Shown: positions 1-6,305, counted from the stretch's first letter. The stretch: DNA of 11,895 nt from Candidatus Thorarchaeota archaeon (GCA_038893995.1 JAWAQK010000064.1:1-11895), one strand, 5' to 3'. The notes: a model not told the origin generated them from the letters alone. Made by a program: numbers and translations.

Positions 1-1
1 G

Positions 2-415
2 CTGATCTCCGAACTCTCTGGCGGCGAGGTCCAACGTACTATCATTGCTCGCGCACTAGCGCAGGAGCCGGAACTGCTCCTGCTTGATGCGCTATTCGCT
101 GCGGTTGGAGCCTACATTGGTGAGAGTACAGGCAGTGTCTATGGTGCAGTCATAGGAGCTGTGGTGGGAACTGTGTTCGGCATTCTATTTGGATACTACA
201 CGCAGGCGATTCTTTGTGATGAGGCTGGCTGCATATGGTGGTGGTCTAGTCGTTCCTTCGAGGAATGGCTGGCGGCCAACGCCCTGTGGATATATATCCT
301 GTCCCTCACGCCAGGGGGAGCCACTGGTTTCGTGGTCTCTGGATTCGCGGCCTATGGTTACCTGAGGATCGGCAGCTATACATTTTATGATGCCGTGGGA
401 GCTGGCAGTCCCTGA
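2..415 (+). CDS. 5'-truncated chimeric ORF: ABC-transporter ATPase fragment (signature to Walker B) fused in frame to a glycine-zipper hydrophobic tail; possibly a pseudogene or assembly chimera
   Basis: Frame 2 is open from the window edge and in frame with the listed 161..415 ORF. It reads [29 protein letters not shown] (ABC signature LSGG(E/Q) plus Walker B hhhhD), then [35 protein letters not shown]... instead of the expected EPT/D-loop/H-loop. Confidence 0.7.
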   Translation: MISELSGGEVQRTIIARALAQEPELLLLDALFAAVGAYIGESTGSVYGAVIGAVVGTVFGILFGYYTQAILCDEAGCIWWWSSRSFEEWLAANALWIYILSLTPGGATGFVVSGFAAYGYLRIGSYTFYDAVGAGSP

Positions 416-713
416 GTGATAAGTCATCCCAGGGTATAAGGAGAATACACGCTCGTCTGCCTACACGAACAGACATACAGTTTGTTTGAAACGATTTACA
501 GGCTAGTGGTCTGAGGAAGGGTTTAGGGACCACCCCCTACAACCCCCTGTACCGTGGCGGGCCCTAAGCCCGAGACAGGAATGACGTGCCTGCGTGACGC
601 AAGAAAGAGAAACCACCAGTGCTCTCAAGAAACTCGGGAGCCATTCCGGCCCGTTGCAAAGATGCGAGGTCGTACAATGCTACCGGATCAGCAACACCCA
701 ATGAAAGGCACAA

Positions 714-855
714 CACTCACATTTCACGTCTGCTAGTATGTCCCATCTTGGGGAGCCACACCCATATTGAGGGTGTCACCAAAACATTCAATAGGTAGCA
801 GACGAATGTGAATGACCTTGCGGGGCTAGGTTCACATATCCCTCTCGTGGTGAAC
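714..855. promoter_or_regulatory. Candidate structured RNA / cis-regulatory element upstream of the 4-TM gene
   Basis: 717-735 (tcacatt-tca-cgtctgcta) pairs with 796-811 (tagcagacg-aatgtga). It encloses hairpins tccc/ggga (741-754) and acaccc/gggtgt (758-776). Alternative helices are 806-812/831-837 and 830-835/850-855. Confidence 0.35.
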
Positions 856-860
856 GGATC

Positions 861-1271
861 TTGACTAGTATGAATACTAGTGTCTGGGCTGTGCTGGGGG
901 CAATTTCACTAGCTGTGTTCAGTATAGTACGGTTGTTTCTCATTGTGTTTCAGACCACTCCGACCGGACCTACGCTCTGGGAGAACGTTGTATCACTACC
1001 CGTCCTTATACTGGGAGTGGCCGCTCTTGATATTTCAATCGTTCAGAGGACGCAGGAACGCTTCAGCATAACCATGATGGCTGTCCTACTAGTGATCATC
1101 GGGATCGTCGGCTTTGGAATGGGTCTTCAAGCACACAACGCAATCATCGAGCTTGTGTATCCCCGTACCAATATTGTCAGCTCGATGTACTACGTATTTT
1201 GGGGAGTGACGATGATGGGGGTCCTTATGCCAATCATGAGTAGGGCTCTCAACAAGTCCCCGAGCTCGTGA
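861..1271 (+). CDS. Hypothetical integral membrane protein (about 4 TM helices)
   Basis: 136-aa ORF with four hydrophobic stretches (VWAVLGAISLAVFSIVRLFLIVF; VVSLPVLILGVAALDISIV; ITMMAVLLVIIGIVGFGMGL; MYYVFWGVTMMGVLMPIM). GGTGA at 849-853 lies 7 nt before TTG 861; ATG 870 is an alternative start. No family recognised. Confidence 0.7.
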   Translation: MTSMNTSVWAVLGAISLAVFSIVRLFLIVFQTTPTGPTLWENVVSLPVLILGVAALDISIVQRTQERFSITMMAVLLVIIGIVGFGMGLQAHNAIIELVYPRTNIVSSMYYVFWGVTMMGVLMPIMSRALNKSPSS

Positions 1272-1293
1272 TCTCGGTAAACACTATTAGAAA

Positions 1294-1450
1294 CTACACA
1301 CTCTGAAGATGGTGGCCTGCTGTACCCCAAGTGCTGCCTAGTCGGATCTGTGGCCACGAAGGACCTGCAATGATATCTGCACCGGCCAGGGCAAGACAAC
1401 GGGGCCATACATCACCCTGAGATGTCATAGACAACACCTACTTCAACCTC
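1294..1450 (-). pseudogene. Degraded fragment of a carbon-nitrogen hydrolase (nitrilase superfamily) gene
   Basis: The minus strand reads EVEVGVVYDISG* (1450-1412) and, after a frameshift, VWPRCLALAGADIIAGPSWPQIR (from 1410). This resembles the family segment G-x-x-ICYD-x-x-FPE-x-x-R-x-LAL-x-GA-D/E-II-x-x-PS-x-WP-x-x-R. The catalytic Cys and FPE are missing. Confidence 0.4.
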
Positions 1451-1459
1451 TATGGAGGT
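1446..1459 (-). terminator. Short hairpin just downstream of the rph stop
   Basis: acctc-tatg-gaggt begins 4 nt beyond the rph stop codon. There is no clear U-tract. Confidence 0.2.
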
Positions 1460-1463
1460 CATT

Positions 1464-2180
1464 TCAGCGTGCGCCAAGATCTGTAGAGAGAACCCTCCCC
1501 TGAATCTCCATGATCTGTCGAATTCCCTTCGTGGCCAGGTCAAGGAGAAGGTTCAAGGTGCCTCTGTCAAACGAGTGTCTCTCCCCCGTCCCCTGAATCT
1601 CGACAAAGAGATCACCACACATCACGACATTCATGTCAACGCCTGCCCGGGAGTCTTCCTCGTAGGTCAGATCAACAACGCATTCGCCCTCAAGAATACC
1701 AACACTCACGGCCGCCACAAGACCTCTGGCTGCATGTGAGGAGATCATCTCTCTGCGCACCATGCTGGACAGAGCGTCGTGAACAGCCAGACATGCGCCT
1801 GAGACTGCAGCAGTCCTCGTTCCACCATCTGCTTGAATTACATCACAATCTACTCGGATCGTGTACTCGCCCATATGCTCTAGGTCCACTCCGGCGCGCA
1901 AGGAGCGTCCAATCATGCGTTGAACCTCATACGTTCGTCCGGAGGCCTGTCGGCCCACTCTCTGAGAAGTCGACCCTGGCAGCATACCATATTCTGCGGT
2001 AATCCAACCCTGCCCGGAACCTACAAGCCAGTCGGGAACTCCATTTTCGACCGTGGCGGTGCATATCACCTGAGTGTCACCCATCCTCACGAGCACCGAT
2101 CCGTCGGGATACTTCAGGAAGGGTCTGACAAACTCTATCGGTCGAAGCTGGTCATTTGTCCTACCATCAGCACGAAGCAT
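1464..2180 (-). CDS. rph: Ribonuclease PH (tRNA 3' phosphorolytic exoribonuclease), bacterial type
   Basis: N-terminal R-x-DGR...LRP, then GSVLVRMGDTQVICTA, GWITAEYGMLPGST, GRTYEVQRMIGRSLRA, the RNase PH signature CDVIQADGGTRTA, DLTYEEDSRAGVDMNVVM and VEIQGTGE. Length is 238 aa. Confidence 0.96.
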   Translation of the reverse strand: MLRADGRTNDQLRPIEFVRPFLKYPDGSVLVRMGDTQVICTATVENGVPDWLVGSGQGWITAEYGMLPGSTSQRVGRQASGRTYEVQRMIGRSLRAGVDLEHMGEYTIRVDCDVIQADGGTRTAAVSGACLAVHDALSSMVRREMISSHAARGLVAAVSVGILEGECVVDLTYEEDSRAGVDMNVVMCGDLFVEIQGTGERHSFDRGTLNLLLDLATKGIRQIMEIQGRVLSTDLGAR

Positions 2181-2242
2181 TAGACATCATCGCCTTGAGC
2201 ACAGCGAGGCTCCACTGAATACAGAGCCCAGCAGTTACAGAT

Positions 2243-2256
2243 AGTTTTATTCTTAG
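2243..2256. promoter_or_regulatory. AT-rich TATA-like element in the divergent rph / nucleotidyltransferase intergenic region
   Basis: agttttattcttag is the most AT-rich patch in the 115-bp gap between two divergent starts. Confidence 0.35.
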
Positions 2257-2295
2257 CTTTGGTGGGATACATCTGGGTGCATCTTAGCCTCTGAG

Positions 2296-3330
2296 GTGCA
2301 GGTCAGGTTGGATATTAGAAAGAGATTCGCAGATGCCCTCGACGATACCGTGAACACCTGGAAGTCGAAGAAAGAGGTTGAGGGTCTATTTGTATATGGG
2401 TCCTATGTAAGAGGCACGATCACAAATGCCTCAGACCTGGACCTCTGTGTGGTCTTGAAAGAGGGCGAATGTGAATCGCAGTTGCTATCTGAGCATAAGG
2501 GAGTACGCATTGATATGACCTGCCTTACCTCTGAGGAGATCAAGAGGGTGTTCGATGGCAATGTCTCAGACCCAATCAAGATCTCCGAAGTTGTAGGTCG
2601 ACTGAGAAATGCTCAGATCGTATATGACAGGGGACATGATCTCAAGAAATGGGAGGAACTTGCCAGGCGATTCACGTGGAATCAGGACCATATAGACCTG
2701 ATGAAACAGAGAGCCCTCAACTCCCTCGAGCGGGCATCTAGATTCACAATTCGCGAGGACACCGTGAGTGCGGTCTGCGAGATAAGGAGAGCGCTCTCCG
2801 ACATTGGCAGAGCTATAGTGATGAAGAATGGCCGGTTCTCAATACTTCGTCCGGCGGAGGTCTTGAGCGAGATCAGACTACTTGACCCAATCACGTACCA
2901 AGTATTCTTGAGGACATTCAAACTCAAGAGTTTTGATGATGAAGAAGAGCTGATAGGAGTACTCAGTGATGTACAGCACTGGCTCGAGATAGCTGAGGAT
3001 AGGTACCGGGAGGCAGGTAAGGCCGGAAGGATCACGGAAAATCTTGCTGCTGCTCAGCGACAATATCACGGAGCAGTGGGACTTACACTATCAGGCGATT
3101 ATGAACTCGCAGTCCTGGAGATGAGACATGCAATCTACTCATTGGCTGTTTCACTGCTGCTGCTAGACGGGAGCGGTGAGCTGGAGGAGATTGGCATCGG
3201 AGATGAGCTCAGAGAGAGAGAACCAGACTTCTACGAACAAATAGTTGTGGAGTACGGTGCCTTCGATTTCCAGTCAAAGGGAGTCGAACGCAGTATAGGC
3301 GAAGCAAGGTTCATTGCGGCAAGACTGTGA
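2296..3330 (+). CDS. Pol-beta superfamily minimal nucleotidyltransferase (MNT) fused to two tandem HEPN-like helical repeats
   Basis: GLFVYGSYVRGTITNASDLDLCVV gives an exact GS-x10-DxD (G35,S36,D47,D49), with a likely third Asp in RIDMT (D73). Residues ~131-238 and ~244-344 align at offset ~113 with a HEPN-like first-helix pattern (A-x6-A...(G)D(Y)..AV.E.R.A...G). GAGGTG at 2293-2298 suggests the real start may be TTG 2308. Confidence 0.85.
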   Translation: MQVRLDIRKRFADALDDTVNTWKSKKEVEGLFVYGSYVRGTITNASDLDLCVVLKEGECESQLLSEHKGVRIDMTCLTSEEIKRVFDGNVSDPIKISEVVGRLRNAQIVYDRGHDLKKWEELARRFTWNQDHIDLMKQRALNSLERASRFTIREDTVSAVCEIRRALSDIGRAIVMKNGRFSILRPAEVLSEIRLLDPITYQVFLRTFKLKSFDDEEELIGVLSDVQHWLEIAEDRYREAGKAGRITENLAAAQRQYHGAVGLTLSGDYELAVLEMRHAIYSLAVSLLLLDGSGELEEIGIGDELREREPDFYEQIVVEYGAFDFQSKGVERSIGEARFIAARL

Positions 3331-3388
3331 TCATTTGGAGTGCCCCTTCCCAATGTACAGAAATGTACTATCATATTGAAACAGGAGT

Positions 3389-3949
3389 ATGACCATGCGG
3401 GCGGAACAGCTGAGAATAGTGCACCTGACGAGTGTCAGGCTGACCAAGGAGAAACAGAGAATACTACTCAACGAATTTGAGAGATACGCAGCAGCCGTCA
3501 ACTTCACGATAAGGACCGCTCTGACGAAGCACTTGACTGTCGAAAAGCGGATCGAGGACGGGGTCGCTGACACGCTGGCTCAACGATATGGTGTAACGCC
3601 GGAATATGTGAAGGACGTCGTGAAGACGGCTCGAATTACTATAGCAAGATACCGACGTCAGGTCCTGCGTTCTCCGACTGTACGCAATAATAAACCATAC
3701 TTTGCACGGGGGACCGTGATACTATCTCCCCCGATGATACGATTTCAGGGACCGGTCCTAGTGTTTTCGACTACAGGGAATGCAATCCCAATACCACTTG
3801 ATGAAGCCAGCAGAATCAGAGAGGCCTCGACCATCCAGTGCATGAACGAGAAGAGGGCGGTCCTGGATCGAACAAGGCTGGTCTGGAATGAACCAGGGGT
3901 TCTCGGGATAACAGTCAGGATCTACCTCAAGGGGAGTGGGCAGCCATGA
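3389..3949 (+). CDS. Basic 186-aa protein resembling the N-terminal WED/REC lobe of TnpB/Cas12f, lacking RuvC and zinc finger
   Basis: An N-terminal strand is followed by LTKEKQRILLNEFERYAAAVNFTI (the TnpB-like T-x-E-x-x-x-x-L...Y-x-x-A-x-N helix) and a helical REC-like segment (LAQRYGVTPEYVKDVVKTA). Then come KPYF and a beta-rich WED-like run (VLVFST.GNAIPIPL...RLVW..PGVLGITVRI), which ends where RuvC-I (GxDxG) should start. 31 R/K versus 16 D/E. AGGAG at 3383-3387 fits ATG 3395 better than 3389. The CDS call is firm; the family call is moderate. Confidence 0.6.
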   Translation: MTMRAEQLRIVHLTSVRLTKEKQRILLNEFERYAAAVNFTIRTALTKHLTVEKRIEDGVADTLAQRYGVTPEYVKDVVKTARITIARYRRQVLRSPTVRNNKPYFARGTVILSPPMIRFQGPVLVFSTTGNAIPIPLDEASRIREASTIQCMNEKRAVLDRTRLVWNEPGVLGITVRIYLKGSGQP

Positions 3950-4013
3950 GATCAGTCCGCCAAAGCGATGAGCAAATCGAACGTAGGAGAGTCATGATGG
4001 TGGGTCTTTGGGG

Positions 4014-5063
4014 TCAATTCCTGGTGAAACTCTCGAATCGGCGACCGATCATACGTCGTCGTTTCGGGTCAAGCACAACTGCCATGGCCAATACTACTCC
4101 TGTGGCTGAGATGATGACGATAAGGACCGCGTAATTGGCAGTCTCCGTCAGGACAAGACCTTGTCGAATAGACAGTACCAGGAACGTTTCTGTGACATCT
4201 CCAACTATCTTCAGACTAGTCGCGCTACACTTGTCAGGCGTATCTTCTGTTGTATGCCAATATGACGGAAATGGTGAGTGCTGTATGATGTCCAGGGCAG
4301 GAATGCCCGCGTCGAGGAATGGCCGATGATCGTCCAGTATTGAAGCACCCCATGAATCTATGAATACATTGTGGTAGCCCATTCCATGCGCCAGTTCCCA
4401 AACCTTGTTCTGTAGAGATCGTGTTGATGACAGTTCCCGAAGAAGAGACAGATCGCTGGCCCCGACCATGTCGAGGAGTATCATTGCAGTTATCTGAGAC
4501 CGCTCAGAACTTGTGAGCGAGGATACATAGTGCGTGGAACCTCGGATCCACTCCCATCCGTCAAGATGCCCGCTGTCCTCTGCATCAAAGAATACCAACT
4601 TGACAGAAGACCGGACATCCACGGGTAGACACCGTGCGAGCTCGAGGAGTACAGCCACTCCACTGGCCCCGTCGTTTGCGCCCAAGACGGGCTGTGTTCG
4701 CTTCTCGGGGGAGGGGTCCCGGTCTGCCATGGGCCTCGTGTCGTAATGGGCTCCAACAAGAATGTGCGAAGACGACGATCCAAAGATTGCAACGATGTTG
4801 GAGCAGTTCACGCCACGATAGATGAAATACTGAAACGTCACATTCCACCCGGCGGACTCAAGAATGCTACCAATGAGCTGTCGACACATCTGAAGAGATA
4901 CCGATCCGGGTAGTCTAGGACCCAGTTCGCACTGTTGAAGGAGGTAGGCGTAGGCATTTTCCCCTGAAAAGGTGGGGGAATAGGGGACACTGTCTGTCAA
5001 TCCTGTGAAGAAGACCGTGAACTGGGGCAGGGTAATCAAGTAGACTATCAGTATGATCTTCAT
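4014..5063 (-). CDS. M28-family zinc metalloprotein, glutaminyl-peptide cyclotransferase (type II QC)-like, with signal peptide and C-terminal membrane anchor
   Basis: Motifs GAHYDTR, GANDGASGVAVLLELAR, FFDAEDSG, LLDMVG, DDHRPF and YWHTTEDT. The N-terminus is hydrophobic (MKIILIVYLITL). The C-terminus has a TM segment YAVLIVIISATGVVLAMAVVL followed by KRRR. Confidence 0.88.
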   Translation of the reverse strand: MKIILIVYLITLPQFTVFFTGLTDSVPYSPTFSGENAYAYLLQQCELGPRLPGSVSLQMCRQLIGSILESAGWNVTFQYFIYRGVNCSNIVAIFGSSSSHILVGAHYDTRPMADRDPSPEKRTQPVLGANDGASGVAVLLELARCLPVDVRSSVKLVFFDAEDSGHLDGWEWIRGSTHYVSSLTSSERSQITAMILLDMVGASDLSLLRELSSTRSLQNKVWELAHGMGYHNVFIDSWGASILDDHRPFLDAGIPALDIIQHSPFPSYWHTTEDTPDKCSATSLKIVGDVTETFLVLSIRQGLVLTETANYAVLIVIISATGVVLAMAVVLDPKRRRMIGRRFESFTRN

Positions 5064-5078
5064 ACCACAGGCGCTCCG

Positions 5079-6305
5079 TCAGTTCCTGCTACGGGTCGAG
5101 GCGAGATGGTCCGATATGTATTCTCTGATAAGCCTCGGGAGGTGGTATGGTAACCGAAGGATCACACGCGGCGGAATGTCTGAATATCCCATTTCGCCTC
5201 GGGCAACCGCAGCCATGATCTCAGACGAGAACTTCATCTCGCTGGCCTTGTTTAGGAGGGACCTTGCAAAGCCAGTACCGCGCATTCCGGCCCAGGAGGC
5301 TATGGAGAAATCCGCCGCGAAGGTCTTCTTACAGAGAGAATCGTATTTGGCCAGTGTTGCATCAGCATTGTGATCTGAGTCAAGTGCCTCCCGCAGCACA
5401 TCTGCAGCGAGAAGAGACGATCTCATTGCATAAGAGATCCCCTCACCCATCATTGGGTCTACGAAGCCGGCTGCATCGCCCACGAGGATCACGCGGTGGA
5501 ACACATTTGTCTGTCTGTGGCCATCTGCCCCAAGGAAGGAGACCCGTCGTTTGAGTATAGGCAATCTGAACCCAAGTCTCCTCTCAACCCCTGACACAAA
5601 GCTGTCGAACAGAGAACGAAGAGAGGACATATGAGATGCAGCACCCGCGATTCCCACGGCCAGGCTGGTCTTTCGTGGGAAAACCCAGCCATAGCTTACT
5701 CGTCCCTCTACAGGATAGATCTCCAAGACCGATGGGTTTCCACCTAGTGCCTCTATCACACGATCCTCGCCTATCTCGACAACGGACTCCATTCCAAGGC
5801 CGGCTCTATTGAGGTCCTTTCTGTGAGGTCGGAGGCCAGTCGCACGAGCAACCGTTGAGCTGGCACCATCAGCCCCGACAAGGAATCTTGCTCGGACAGA
5901 GGACCCACCCTCAGTAACTGCCTCAACGTCAGATGGGTACAGCTGCACACCGATGACTCTGGTCTTCTCTCTCAGCTCAGCACCAGCCTGCTCGGCCCTC
6001 CTCGCCAAGAACTCGTCGAATCTTGCTCTCTCGGTCGTTACTCCAAGGAGCCGGTCCGACGTGAACTCAGCTGCAGTACCATCAGAGAATCTGAAACGTA
6101 GACCGTATATCTCACGTTCCACAAGGTGTCTTGGGAAAGAGGGGCCGATGAGCCGAAGGCCGCGATACATCGCGGCTCCTCCACAGGCCTTCTCCCTGGG
6201 AATGGAAAACTTCTCTAGCAGAAGCGTTCTGTATCCAGACCTGGCCATCTCGTATGCAATCATGGACCCAGCAGGTCCAGCACCCACCACGATGACGTCA
6301 TACAC
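5079..6305 (-). CDS. Geranylgeranyl reductase family FAD-dependent oxidoreductase
   Basis: YDVIVVGAGPAGS (FAD GxGxxG), REKACGGA, RARFDEFL, VGADGA, YGWVFP and LVGDAAGFVDPMMGEGI. I moved the start from 6374 to GTG 6305, which is preceded by AGGAG and sits directly before the Rossmann motif. Confidence 0.92.
   Translation of the reverse strand: MYDVIVVGAGPAGSMIAYEMARSGYRTLLLEKFSIPREKACGGAAMYRGLRLIGPSFPRHLVEREIYGLRFRFSDGTAAEFTSDRLLGVTTERARFDEFLARRAEQAGAELREKTRVIGVQLYPSDVEAVTEGGSSVRARFLVGADGASSTVARATGLRPHRKDLNRAGLGMESVVEIGEDRVIEALGGNPSVLEIYPVEGRVSYGWVFPRKTSLAVGIAGAASHMSSLRSLFDSFVSGVERRLGFRLPILKRRVSFLGADGHRQTNVFHRVILVGDAAGFVDPMMGEGISYAMRSSLLAADVLREALDSDHNADATLAKYDSLCKKTFAADFSIASWAGMRGTGFARSLLNKASEMKFSSEIMAAVARGEMGYSDIPPRVILRLPYHLPRLIREYISDHLASTRSRN

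Noticed and set aside
505-720. RNase P RNA, SRP RNA or cobalamin riboswitch in the large intergenic region (ctgaggaag...; ccggatcagcaac; gggagcca)
   Set aside because: Only partial look-alikes. The RNase P P4 halves, the SRP helix-8 motif and the B12 box are not present in the right form or order.
554-736. 60-aa plus-strand ORF, and a ~51-codon minus-strand frame (…GVADPVALYDL…) in the same gap
   Set aside because: Short, with no recognisable motif or convincing start context. Cannot be supported without a search.
714-814. The long inverted repeat as a MITE
   Set aside because: No target-site duplication is visible, the arms are interrupted by a bulge, and there is no second copy in the window.
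2296-3330. Active MNT-HEPN toxin-antitoxin or CBASS-type cyclase defence system
   Set aside because: No R-x4-6-H RNase motif in either repeat, no CD-NTase-like architecture, and no adjacent effector genes.
3946-4013. Frameshifted RuvC-I remnant (RRVMMVGLWG) or TGA read-through extending the TnpB-like ORF
   Set aside because: There is no catalytic Asp and the frame runs straight into the antisense of the M28 gene. Read-through adds only 15 residues (DQSAKAMSKSNVGES) before another stop.
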